The position numbers and the translations under genes are program-made. From Eledone cirrhosa (lineage: Eukaryota): a DNA stretch of 64,000 nucleotides. The notes beneath the pieces are model-generated. The model ran no database searches. It saw only the letters and a program-made list of their open reading frames with translations, and was not told where the DNA came from. The DNA lies in assembly GCA_964016885.1 (NCBI GenBank), contig OZ024740.1, positions 369,024,001 through 369,088,000 on the forward strand, given 5' to 3'. Shown one piece after another: positions 26,503 through 38,984 of this stretch. Position 1 is the first letter of the stretch; each line of letters starts with the position of its first letter.

Positions 26503-27288
26503 CTCTTTGAGTCTCAGTCATTGATGTTAGTTAACTGGAAAGTTTGTTGAAATGAATATCAAGCCACTACCTGCAGCCTCAGATATTCAGGACGTATCGG
26601 AGGGTTCTTGCTGTTCCCAGCAAGCATGCCTTTTGAAGCGTTCCAAAAAGCATGAAGGGGCCAATTTTATTTAAACATCCCTGGAAACTTTTTGAGATAG
26701 TCCCTAGTGCGCCTATGACAATCGGGATCACTTTGACTTCATGGCAGTTCCAAATCCTTTTTACCTCCCATTTTAAGTCCTGGTATCGGTTAATTTTCTC
26801 CCTCTCCTTCTCTTGCACTCTCGTGTCGAATGTGCAGGCCACATCCACAATCAGGCACGATCTTTTTTCTTTGTCCACAACCATCATGTCAGGTCTATTG
26901 TGTTCCAGTTTCTTGTCCGTCTGTATCCTAAAATCCCACAGCACCTTCATCTGATCGTTTTCTATCACCGACTCTGGCTTATGCTGATACCACTTATCAG
27001 AATGTGGTAAATTGTTTACTTTGCATAGGTGCCAGTGGATCACCCTGCCCATCACATCACGTCTCCAGCTTTTATAGTGAGTCTGAGCTAGGTGTTTACA
27101 CTCGGATACAATGTGAGCCACAGTCTCCTCTCTCTCTCCACAGATCCTGCACAACCATTAACTTCGTTTTGAGGGCCTGCTCCTGCGCAGCCATTAACAT
27201 TCCTTCTGTAGCCTTTTTAATGTCTCCTCTGTTCAACTAGTTCCATGTCTGTGGATCTCTGAATTCAGTTTTCTCAAAGAAGGTACTA
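26503..27288 (-). mobile_element. R4/Dong-clade LINE, 5'-truncated (CCHC + RLE)
   Basis: ORF 26579-27154: CRICGEREETVAHIVSEC knuckle and RPD...DVAC..D...K..RY endonuclease; very similar to 17729-18115; flanked by (TTA)n. Confidence 0.92.
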
Positions 27289-27290
27289 TG

Positions 27291-27331
<41 letters not shown>

Positions 27332-27332
<1 letters not shown>

Positions 27333-28730
27333 GTTGCATTTATCTTGCTTTATGTTCATACGAGTTATCACCAAGTCACAACCAGTGACCTCAAGAGACA
27401 ACAAGGTCCGCCATGTTCAAGAAAGAACATACATATTCACACATGCATCTTTAGTGTTTAGACTTGTGATGTACTTATATTGACATAATCTTCCTTAGTA
27501 TATGGGCAGTTCCCATTAGTACTATCTTTTGTATTTCTCCTATACGCGGGTTTCCTGGGATTTGCGATATGTAATCATTAGACCCCTTAGGTATCATTAC
27601 CAGAGCGCCTACAACCACTGGTATTGTTTTAGTTCTCAATTTCCACATTTTTCCAATTTCTATCTCCCGGTCCTTATACTTGCTCAATTTTTCAAATGTT
27701 TTTATAGATACATTCTTGTCTATTGGAACAGACATATCAATTAGCAGGCATACCCACTTTTGAAAGTCCTTCAATATTATATCAGGTCTATTTGCATCTA
27801 TTTTTCGGTCTGTTTGGATGCTAAAGTTCCACAAGATTGAGATGTGTTCTTTTTCAAGTATGGGAGGTGGTTGATGCTCCCACCAATTCTTTTGATGGGG
27901 CAGGTCAAAATGCTTACACATTATCCAATGTATGTATTGTGCAGCTCTCTCATGCCTGTTTAGGTATTCGGTTGGAGCTATAGGACTGCACATTGAAATT
28001 ATATGGTCAATGGTCTCTTGGTTGTTTTTTGCATACACGGCATAATGGGCTGCACCCATTTTTTATTATGTTGGCTTGGTAATTTTTTGTTGGCAGACAC
28101 TGATCTTGTGCTGATATAATCAGTCCTTCAGTCTCCGATTTCAGTCCACAGGATGTCAACCACTGATGGGTTAAAGTTTTGTCAACATCAGGATTGTTAG
28201 CTCGCTCTGGGTATTTTCCATACAGAGGCTTTTCTTGCCATTTCTTAGCCAGTTTCTGTAGCAGTTCTTTCTGTCCAGTTACTTTTACCTGCTTTGCTTT
28301 TTCTGTGTTTTCCATTTCAGCAGTAAATGGGACTTCTGAAATTTGTAGTCCATTACTGTATTTGTGTGCATCATTTGTAATGGAATATGATCTTTTGATG
28401 CTTTCGTGTTTCAAAACGAGTTTGATCATCCAATCATGTGATTCCCTTAGATATGTAGATAATCCAATTGTTACAGTTTTCAACGCAATGTCTAACTGGA
28501 TTAACCCACGTCCTCCTTCTTTCCTAGGGAGATATATTCTATCTATATCTGCCTTAGGGTGATGCATTCTGTGCATGGTTAAGAATTTTCGAATTTTTGT
28601 ATCGAGCCTACGGATCTCTGTGCTTGACCAGTTGATGACATTGTAACTGTAGATTACTACTTGTATGGCAAGCGTGTTTATGGCATCGATCCTATTCCTT
28701 GCATTCAATTCCGTTCTTAAGATTGCTCTT
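27332..28730 (-). mobile_element. R4/Dong-clade LINE (second subfamily), 5'-truncated
   Basis: ORFs 28007-28708 and 27475-28059: RIYLPRKEGGRGL, AQDQCL, CRVC..ETIDHIISMC, NRPDII..DMSVPID..EKLSKYKD; frameshifted; (TTA)n at both ends. Confidence 0.92.
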
Positions 28731-28967
28731 ATTATTATTATTATTATTATTGAATGCTATGGTTGACGGAGGCTCGGCTCTGTAAGGTATTGTAAATTTT
28801 GAACGCTATAACAATTGTAAATTGTTTAAAACTTTAACGAACTTGTAGACAAAAACACCCTCCTCCTCCTGAGAGGGGTCTTTCTGCCCGTTATTTGGCC
28901 CTTCGGGGTTAAATAACTGCTTATTGGGGTTTTGTGCCCAATATTTATTTTGAACAAAAAAAACAAC

Positions 28968-31068
28968 ATGGCTACGAAAAAGAATTTTCATAGGTCACTC
29001 CCACTCATTCCGTCTTCTTCTTCCTCAATCATCACTACAGCAGAGAGAAGATTGTCTCTCTCCCTCCCTTCTTTAAATGTGTCTCTCTCCCTCCCTTCTC
29101 TTTCGCAAGCGACGGCAGAAAAAAAGAAAAGTCTCGTGTAAAGCGTGCAAGATTTCTCCACGACGACAACGACAACGACGAAACAGGTGTGCGTGAAATA
29201 CGAAAACCCATTTCATTCGTCTGACGTCAGGAATAATAGCAGTAGCAGCCGTAATAACAACAGCAACTGTGACAATGAAAACAACAGTAGTAGCCGCAAC
29301 AGCATCAGCAGCAGCATAAACAACAACAGCATTAGCAGCAGCAACACCAGCAACAACCACAGCAACAGCGGCGGAGGCAGTAGTGGTATTACCTGCAGCA
29401 ACAACAAAAGTAACAGCAGCTCTGACGACAACAACAACAACAGCAGCAAAGGTAAAACAATCTCATTTGCAGGTATTGCGAAGAACCTGGAAACAATCCT
29501 CATAACAAATGAGGAATTAGAGGAAGCGAAGAAGATGGTGACAAATACTGGACACCGAGCAATCTGAAAGGCAGCGGAAAATTTTTCGAAACCCAACAGC
29601 ACTGTACGGTCACATACCGTACAGTAAGTACAAAATCCCGTAGGGTTGATAGAGCCACAGAGGCTCAAATACAAAAAGCCTTGGGGTCTGTGTGGCAGGG
29701 GAAAACGCACATCACCCGAGGCAAAAAATATGCCACCGTAGACGTTCGTTTTGCCACACCCCAGGAGGCAAAGGTCAATCCGTAGTGACCCTAAGGAGCG
29801 AGGAAATGGTGTTGGTGCCCTCCTACTGCGGGCAAAAAATTGTGAGGGTCAAGCTGACCCACGTCCCCTCCGGGATGGCCACTTCTTTGCTGGCCGCGTC
29901 TGACCTCGTACGAATCGAGGACAAAACAACTGTACTGCAAGTACAGAAAAAAGTAAGAGAAGATTGGGTCGGCACCTCCATTGAGATGCTAATCCAAACC
30001 AACCAGGAGTGCATCGAAGCTATCCCGTATGTGATAGACTTCGATAACGGCACTCAACTGCCCATAAGTGTTGAGGGCAAACGCCCGAAATGCTTTCGCT
30101 GTGGATCGAAGACTCACCGCAGGGCCTTCTGCAACGAGAAGACCCTGAGAAAGGAGAAAACCCCCCTCCTTCCGAAACCGGCTCCACTGCTACCAGCAAC
30201 AGGAAAAGCGGCAAACAGGATCAATAGGTCCGTGGCACCCATACCCACGCCACGGAAATCAAAAACAGCAGCAGCAGTGGAAATATTAACAACAACAACA
30301 GCAATACCAAATGCAGCTGCAACAGAGACTCCAGTGCAAACATCACCAACAACAAGTGAAAGAGTGGAGGTGGTACCCCTCCCCGACCTCACAGAATCAG
30401 ACATGGAGTGTGAGGTGGGAGAGGGGTGACAAAAGGTCGTAAGAAGGCACAAACGCAGAAGCAACGCATCGTTGCCTTTGAAAAGGGAGGAAAGAAATGA
30501 GAAAAGGGTAAAATCTACTGCAAAGAGACCCACAGCAGCAACACCACCAACACCATCACTACCCACACTAGCACCACCATCACGACCAGCGACAACCCCA
30601 CCGCCAACAACACCTTCAACACCACCACCACAAGCACCAACATCGCAAACACAACAACAAAACACACACACCCAGCAACAACGACAAGAAAATAGCAGAA
30701 CAACACCCCACCCCCAGAAAAACAAATGCACGGCAATAAATACACACAACAAGAAACTAATGACTTACATAATTGAACACACAGACATTTCACAACACGA
30801 CTACATAATACCAGCACCAATCAAAACGCCAACTAACATAAGACTGCTAAAAATAGCACATAAACAATACACAAACATTAAAACGAAATTCCCCAACACA
30901 GTTGGTGATTTCAGAGACATAGGAGGAACTATCAATCGAACAGTATATTCAGACATTCTCATAGAAGAGCCGACGACCAGCCGAAGGGACGATTCAACGG
31001 TCCCTTCACCAGAGGATCAAGTGAAAAGGGATGTAAAAACCATCCCTCCTCTACGAAAAGTACGGTAA
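28968..31068 (+). pseudogene. Tx1 ORF1 (gag-like, CCHC knuckle), disrupted
   Basis: ATG at 28968; ISFAGIAK motif, KCFRCGSKTHRRAFC zinc knuckle, Ser/Asn- and Pro/Thr-rich low-complexity parts; in-frame stops at 29139, 29565 and 30427 plus a frameshift. Confidence 0.8.
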
Positions 31069-31103
31069 GTGGTCTTTCCCATCTTTTCCACTCTATTTTA
31101 AAC

Positions 31104-34100
31104 ATGACCTCACTCAGAATAGGCAGCATAAATGCGCGTGGCTTGGGGTCGTCATGGAAGCAGGCTCACCTGCTCAACGACCTCAGGTCACTAAACATAG
31201 ATGTAGTGGCCATCAGCGAGACCAGAATCTCCGAAGCACGGGCCTTCGCACCGATCTTCGGTGGCTACGATGTGTACACATCGCCCAGCCGTCCTGGATC
31301 GGGGGGAGGATGTTGCTGTGCTTTTTCGCAGAGGTTTGGAACTCGCCATACGGGCCATCTTCCTGGACCCAGAGGGTAAGCTGGTGGTGCTGGACGTGAC
31401 CAGCGGAGACGGGCAAGCTTTCAGGCTAGTGGCCGTCTATGCCCCGACAGGAGCAGGGCGGGCTGATTTCTTCCGGCGTCTGGAGACCTTTCTTGGAACG
31501 TCCCGCTCTTTAGTGTTAGTGGGCGACAGGAACGGGATCTTAGATGCACGCTGGGATGGGGTGGGATTAGCGGATAGGGGTGGAGGGTGCAAGAGCCTCA
31601 CCAACCTGCTCAGGCGTTTTGAACTGTCTGACAGGTACCGATTGGATTTCCAGAACGTGCCAATGTGGACTTGGACAAATCGCATAGGGTCATCCAGATC
31701 ATATCTAGATAGGGTATTTTGTAGGGAAATAGATAGGTCTAGCATAGGCTGTCCACAATTCAAGATAGTCATCTACACGGACCACAAATTCGTGATCTGT
31801 GTGCTTGACTTAGATAGGCTTCATAGACGAGGACCCGGCTACTGGAAGCTAAACGCGTCCTTACCAGCGCGCAAGGCCTACAGAGACCGGATTAGCGAAC
31901 TAGTTAAGCGGGCGTTGACGGGGGCCATCGTCAACAACAAGTGGTGGTTTGCTCTGAAAAGAGCGATTAGAATAGAATCCATTAGGTTTAGTAAGGCTTT
32001 AGCAATAGAGAAAAATAGAGCAGAGGGAGAACTAGTTAGAAAATTAGACGAGGCGCTTAGCAAAGGCATTGCGACCGACGTGCTTGCGGCGAAATTGGCC
32101 CTTGACCAATTCTTCAATGCAAAGCACGAAGGCTGCGTTGTCAGAGCAAGGGTGCGTGCTCTCAGATACGAGGGGACGAAAGCCGTTCAATGGGCCCGAG
32201 TGGCGGAGGCGCGTCGTGGCAACAATGCCACGATCCGGCTTTGGTGGACCACGACGGGCGCATGCTACTCGATCCCGGGAAAATGTGTGAAGCTTTTCAG
32301 CGACACTTCGCTCAGCTGTTCGGGGGCAGCGGTGGGCGGGGTAGAGGGATGGACTTTAGTGTCTACCAAGACGGACTGCCGCGGCTCTCGGCCACTGAGG
32401 CGAAGTGTTGCGAAAAGCCGATAACCGCCGCTGAAGTAAGGGAGGCAATGACTGGCTGCACAAGGGGTAAATCGCCTGGTTTGGATGGTCTGCCCTATGA
32501 ACTTTACGTACAGAGGCCAGACTTGTTCTGAGGCCTCTTGGCGGACGTCTACTGCAACTGGCAACAGAACGGGAGAATTCCCAGTTCTGTGAGCCGAGGA
32601 GCGGTGGCACTGCTGAGAAAGGATCCGAACAAGAGGGATAACATAGATAATTTCCGGCCCATAACTCTGCTAAACACAGAGTTCAAGATTTTGGCCAAGG
32701 TGCTAGCAAAGAGGTTGGCGCTTGTCGTTGGCGGTCTGGTGGGAGAGGCGCAGACATGCGCCATTCCCGACAGATCCAACCACGACAACCTCCACCTCAT
32801 GTGATACATCGTAGAGAGGGTAGCTAGGGATCCTGGCACGGGTGGGTCCTTGATCAATTTAGATCAGTCGAAAGCTTTCGATAGGGTCGACCATCGTTAC
32901 CTAGCGGCAGTCCTGAGGGCGGCTGGCTTTGGGCCCGTCTTCAGAGGCTGTATCGCTGCCATGCACAGCGACATCTGCTCTGTGGTGAGAGTGAACGGTC
33001 ACCTGTCGGAACCGTTCAACATCATGCGCTCGGTCCGCCAAGGATGTCCCCTCTCGTCTCTCTTGTACGTATTGACTCTCGAGCCATTACTGCACAAACT
33101 GGAGACGTTGAGGGGCGTCCCGCGCGAACTAGGATGCGGAAGATCCGTGTCAGCATATGCGGACTATGTCACCGTAGTGGTGTCGAACGCCAAACACATC
33201 GAGGCGATCGGCACTACACTAAGAGAATACGAAGCGGTGACAGGAGCAATGATCAACCAGGAAAAGTCAGTGGGCCAGCAGCTCGGCACCTGGAGAGGCA
33301 GGTCCCTGCCGTCCAACAGCGTCGTCGGACGCTGGACGGACGGACCGGTTAAATTGCTAGGAGTCTGGTTCGGTCCGGACCTCCAGACGGACAAAAACTG
33401 GGACGAAGTGACGAGCAGGGTGGCTTCTCCACCCAGAAATGGGCCGAGAGGAAGCTATCCCTGAAAGGTCGAGCGGAGGTGGCTAACGCGTACATCGCGT
33501 CTGTCATCTGCTACCGCCTGACCGTTGTACCTTGTCCTAAGCCTCGCCTGACTGCGCTGGAGCGTTTGCTCTTTCGCTTTTTGTGGAAGGGACGCGCTCT
33601 GATGGTCAGGCGGTCCATCTGTTGTCAACACTCGCTACGTGGAGGGCTGGGCATGCCGTGGCTGATGATGCGCAGGCACGCGCTAAGGCTACGACATCTC
33701 CACCTCTTCCTCGAGTGTGATCAGGTGTGGTCGCCGTTTGCTAGACACGTATTTCCCCAGCTCGTTTCCTTGACGGAGCTGCAGTCCTGGGTCAAGCGAA
33801 GACCGAGAGGGAGCGCCTGGAGACTGGAATGTCTTCAGGCGCTCACAGCCCTCGACCAATCGGGCAATGTGATCGGTGGAAACTCCACCTCGGCGTTCTA
33901 TAGATGATTAGTGGAGGGGAAGAGCGACGACGTACTTGGGGAAACTCTAGGCGTCGACGAAAATCAACTAGCCAATCTCTTCGGAAGAACTTTCTGGCCA
34001 GAGCCTATGGACAACTTCCAGAAATCTATGGCCTGGCAGTGCTACCGAGGAGCTTGCCAGTTCGGGATAAACTCTACAGGCATGGAGGTGCCGTCAGCCG

Positions 34101-34521
34101 GGCATGTCCGAGATGCGCACAGGGCGACGAAACCGTCCTGCACGCACTCGTCCAGTGTCCGAAAATTGCTGACTTGTGGGTTTATGTCGAACACCTGCTG
34201 TCGCGTTTAGGACGGATCCGGCTATCATCTGAGTCCATCGTGAGGATTGCCCCGCCCTCCTCCTTTAGCCGGGAAGGGCAGGCAGTTTTTATCTGTCTGG
34301 TGGCCATGGCGAAAGAGATAGTATGGTGGACACGTTTGAAAGGGCTGAAGACGAGCACTTACCTCTTCGGTGATGCTCTGATCGACTTCTTCAAATTTCA
34401 TTTGAAGAGGAACATCAGAGTAGAGAGGGAAGTGCTCTCTTCCCAGCATTTTGTTGAAAGATGGGTGAGAGATGCAAGAATGGCCCGAGTAAATGGGCCT
34501 ACTCTGAGTATATATCTGTAA
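31104..34521 (+). pseudogene. Tx1 ORF2 (APE endonuclease, reverse transcriptase, zinc knuckle), disrupted
   Basis: SINARGL, ISETR, VYAP, GDRN, SYLDRV, TDH (APE); KSPGLDGL, NFRPITLLN, LDQSKAFD, VRQGCPLS, YADY (RT); CPRC..ETVLHALVQC; several frameshifts and stops. Confidence 0.9.
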
Positions 34522-34771
34522 ATTAAAGGTGGAAAACTGGGAGAGGGCACTTGCCTTGGTGGTCAGGTTCATTGTGGCCTTTTACTGGGCTTTCTCCACA
34601 AATGTCCCTCCGAAGTCTCCCCCCTATTGGGGAATTTTTCATTGTTATTTTTTGTTACACCCTCTGTTTTTGTTTTTTACACGCAGAAATGCCCATTTGT
34701 ACCGTCCTGTATTGTCCGGCACTGTCCTTAATGTCTACTTTATGTAAACCCTTGTGGTTAATAAAGAAATC

Positions 34772-34801
34772 ATTATTATTATTTTTATTATAAAATTGCT
34801 C

Positions 34802-34851
<50 letters not shown>

Positions 34852-34867
34852 GTTGTTGTTGTTGTTT

Positions 34868-34941
<74 letters not shown>

Positions 34942-35005
34942 GGTGGTGGCGGTGGTGGTGGTGGTGGTGGTGGTGGTGGTGGTGTTGCTGTTGTCGTTGT
35001 TGTTT
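34772..35005. repeat. Compound microsatellite (TTA)n-(TTG)n-(GTG)n
   Basis: Direct sequence. Confidence 0.95.
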
Positions 35006-35007
35006 TC

Positions 35008-35670
35008 CTTCAGTATTGTTTCTGATATGTGCCGAGTTTCTTCCTAACACCGCGGGAAAATAAATTCATTGTATCCATTGGTAAGCCAGTTAATACACCA
35101 TATTCATAGGGATATCATTATTACAGAGATAATGCTCTACTCCTACATACAAACAACCACACACGTGGGGGGAGGGTATCCTTCTCACAGACACAGTGCT
35201 ATTCTCAATACATGGGCAGTACCAGTCAAAACAATTGTGTGTACCTCCTGCAGAGAGGGTAAACCAGGAATCATCCTCAAATATTGTTCTGTTCCTTCCT
35301 TGATCATCACCAGGGCTCCCAAAATTACTAGTATTGTAACGGCCTTGAGGTACCATATGTGTTCGATTTCAATAAGCAGATCTTTATATTTTCTTAGCTT
35401 GTCAAATTATTTTGCCACGATATTGTGATCACATGGGAAGCTCATATCAATAAATAAACAGACCTTGCTATGTTGGTCTGTTACAATGATATCTGAACTA
35501 TTTGCTTTAATAGACCGGTCAATATGTACAGGAAGGTCCCAAAGAATTGTTACTTTTTCTCCTTGAGTTACGGCCGCAGGGTGATGATAGTACCACTTGT
35601 CAGCAGCTTTGATTTTATATTGCCGACATATTACCGAGTGTAGATATTGGTCAACTCTGTCATGTCTATA
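35008..35670 (-). mobile_element. R4/Dong-clade LINE fragment (third subfamily; RLE + 3' UTR)
   Basis: Minus-strand RLE remnant (IVTDQHSKVCLFIDMSFPCD...IVLTGTAHVLR); homologous to 22420-22719. Confidence 0.8.
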
Positions 35671-37734
35671 TATCTATAATAGCTGATTAATTTTAGGGGA
35701 AATATACCAATCACTATCTAATGGCTCAACGATATTAATTTGGGAGTTATTTAATCCTATTTCATGACATGTGGATTATTATAGTAAAATAATATTGGTA
35801 TATTTGTTTTCGCTTTTATTCAACATATTTTGGCATTTCTGGGGTGTTATAGTAGTTTCTGAAAGATCAACCGTGACTCATCCTAAATATTCTTTTCGTA
35901 TAGTTAATCGAAGAAATTCTCTATTTCAGCTTGTCTGCTCAACAAGAATAAACGTTACCTTCAATAATCTTTTCTAGAGTTTTGACGGTGGCGCGGCAGA
36001 TAAAGATTTCTTTGCTGGTGTTATGATTCATATAAATACTTTAGGTGTAAATCTGTTGCAATTTAATAATAAACGGGTATTTAATTCTGTTATTGTTTTT
36101 GATGGTAATATTCTGTATATTGATTTATCTTTTCCTCTCATTAGAATTGATAGAATCGGGTGTGTAGGTATCGACTTTGATTTTTATATCCGTTAGCTGT
36201 ATTTTATGTAGTTTAATTTATCTGTTAATTCGCAAAAGACACATTTAAATGTCTTTGGCTACTATACGTTGATAAAAGTGGATATACTTTTTTTTCAATT
36301 AAGATATTATTTTATTTTGTTTTATTTTCAGACGCTATATATTTTATTTTTATTCTTTGATTTGTTAGTGATTTCTTCATCGAAATTTCTTATATATATT
36401 TGTTGACGGCGGCTTGTACTGACGCTAATTGATTTTCTTTTCATTAAAATCCACATTGAATTCACATATCAGGAAGACATTCTTAAACACACAGAAATAA
36501 ACTAAGACACATATGCAAGAACGAGGTAAGAAAAGCGTCTGCAAACGAAATATTGCTTTCTGTTTAGCAAGACATAAAAGCTCTGAGCAATTAGAGAAAA
36601 AATGGGAATTTGTAACGTTCATACTTTTTTCCTAAAGTCATCAATTTCAAAACAATAAAACTAATTGAATGTTCATTCAAAATAGCGTCCAAGTGTCGGT
36701 TTAAGCGTTCTTACATCATGTTCGTCAACTGACTAGTTGAATTAAAACAATTTTGTTTTCGTCTATAAATTACACAACTATGCGTGTGCTTACCTTTGAG
36801 AAATGAAAAATCAATTCAACTGTTTCGCAATGATGAGGATGGTGGTTCCATTCTGATCTATACATATCAAAGCAAATATCAACACTAGCAAGGCACTAAT
36901 GAAAATTGCCAAACTAATCAGAATACAAGTTCAGGATTCTGTGTAGAAAGGTCAACTGAACCAATATGTATACATACATCAGACTTAATTGCGTTTGATG
37001 AGTTGATTTCATTTAGTCATTTAGTAGATATGGGTATTTATATAACTTTTCATTAGACACGTTTTTGAAATAATCACCTCTGTTGCATACGATTGCCAAC
37101 GTTCTCTGCACATATTCCTCGAGGTATAATAGAATTATATACCGAGTATTGTACCTGGCTACTCACTTCCAGGTAAAATATCAAGTCGAAAAATTGATTG
37201 CAGTACCATTATTGACATTTCACATACGATGAATGAAGAGGTCCATATTCAAGTTGTTTATCGCACACATCTCACGTTTACGTAAAACATATTATGTCGG
37301 TATCTCATGGGATTTGCTTGACTAGAATTATTTATTTCTGGCTGGTACATATCACAGTACTCAGTAAACATTTTATAAACTGTACCGAAAAGACTAATAA
37401 ATCGTAGTCCAGTAATATCCAGAATTATTCAAGGTGTTTCAGAAAAACTATAGTTTTTAAATTGTACATAGTTTATATTTAATTCAAAAGCAAAAGTACA
37501 TCTAAAAACAATCACATTATATATTAATTTAAGACCTGTAAAAATGATATCAATATATTTTCATTATATGTTCAGACATCATGTACGAATACGTCAAAAT
37601 CATTTTGGGAAGGTTCAAAACGAAGCTGATAACAGATGTCAACAGATGAATAATTACCTGATATTTCTGTATGCATACTTGCTTTATATATTTCATATTT
37701 CACCAAATAAACTTTTCTTTTCAATGCGGTTCTG

Positions 37735-37798
<64 letters not shown>

Positions 37799-37816
37799 AA
37801 TTGCGGTTATATATAT

Positions 37817-38004
37817 ATAATTACTACAGTGACATAAACAGATACTCAAGTTTCGTTGGATTCTGGGCCCTAATTCGTTCAGACTGTCATGAGAAAAATA
37901 AAAACAAAGGACTTTGTTTCTATTTTTCTCACGACAGACTGAACAAATTGGGGCCTAGAACCTAGCGAAACTTGAGTACCTGTTTATGTCACTGTTGTAA
38001 TTAT
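37817..38004. repeat. Fold-back element (93-bp arms, 2-nt spacer) between (TA)n tracts, with a hammerhead-like motif
   Basis: Arms are reverse complements with ~11 mismatches; arm consensus gacaga-CTGAACGA-...-GAAA-cttgag-TA-tctgtt. Confidence 0.85.
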
Positions 38005-38072
38005 TTGTACTAAGCTCATCCTTTGGACTGAGTGCTCTTACTCTTGGATATTTCCACTTAACCTTTACTTTA

Positions 38073-38115
<43 letters not shown>

Positions 38116-38187
38116 TGAGTTTTTTTTTTCTTTTTTTACAAAATGAAAAATAACCGAGGTGTCCTACACGAGTGAAAGTAGAAAGAA

Positions 38188-38468
38188 AAAGAGATGAAAT
38201 CGAAAATGCAACTGGAGTCTTATTTTTTTTTTAAATATACATATTTATTTGGTTCCTTTACCGGTTTCGCAGTTCTTCTGCTTTTCAAAAGGTGAGTTGA
38301 GATGGAGGGTCTGTGGTTTTTCTCACATCAGATGTGAGAAAAACCACAGACCCTCCATCTCAACTCACCTTTTGAAAAGCAGAAGAACTGCGAAACCGGT
38401 AAAGGAACCAAATAAATATGTATATTTAAAAAAAAAATAAGACTCCAGTTGCATTTTCGATTTCATCT

Positions 38469-38472
<4 letters not shown>
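38188..38472. repeat. Perfect palindrome (142-bp arms, 1-nt centre at 38330)
   Basis: No mismatch found by eye, including matching T10/A10 runs; bounded by (TA)n. Confidence 0.95.
38368..38405 (+). ncRNA. Minimal type I hammerhead ribozyme, U3-A8 variant (mirror copy 38255-38292 on minus)
   Basis: cctt-TTGAAAA-gcag aagaa ctgc-GAAA-ccgg-TA-aagg; palindromic stem III. Confidence 0.75.
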
Positions 38473-38537
<65 letters not shown>

Positions 38538-38984
38538 TATGCACATTATAAAATCATTATAAACACAATTTCGTCCTGTTAGGACAATTGGGGTGTAGTT
38601 TATATTATGTTTTGTAGGGTGAATATATTTTGTTCAGTCTCCATCTAACGCCTTCCAAATTGTTCTAGGAAACATTAAACATTGCTTTTCCCGAGAGGCC
38701 AACGATCAGTTTTTAACTAAATTTGGTATGTTGCTTTTAGTTGTTGAGTAGGTTTCTATAAGGAAGGAAATATGTGTGTATATGTGGATGAGGTATTCTT
38801 CGGAATTATGATATTGTATATGGAATTATACATGGAGCTTGATGACAATATGACACATATTTAATACTTACATAAAGACATCTGATTACAAATAAATATA
38901 ATGTATTTGAAGTCAGACAATGTGTCTGATACAAATCACAGGGAATCCTAAATATAATTAGAATGGCGGACGTCTTACTCCTGG

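Larger units (their letters stand above)
28752..34771 (+). mobile_element. Near full-length Tx1/L1-clade LINE (~6.0 kb) inserted in (TTA)n
   Basis: 5' UTR, ORF1, ORF2 and 3' UTR with AATAAA; (TTA)n immediately on both sides. Confidence 0.95.

Noticed and set aside
17680-27290. Idea that 17.7-19.9 kb and 24.2-26.9 kb are one inverted segmental duplication (both are Tx1-Dong tail-to-tail pairs)
   Set aside because: The Dong parts are very similar while the Tx1 parts are clearly more diverged with different deletions, and the flanks do not match. Independent insertions fit better.
29073-34572. Antisense and alternative-frame ORFs over the Tx1, Dong and Penelope elements
   Set aside because: Shadow ORFs of GC-richer or low-complexity transposon coding sequence, with no motifs.
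34754-35050. Poly-Leu/Val and poly-Gln/His ORFs
   Set aside because: Products of the (TTA)n(TTG)n(GTG)n repeat.
35700-36420. Possible very old Penelope GIY-YIG remnant on the minus strand
   Set aside because: Too degraded to recover a convincing motif by eye.
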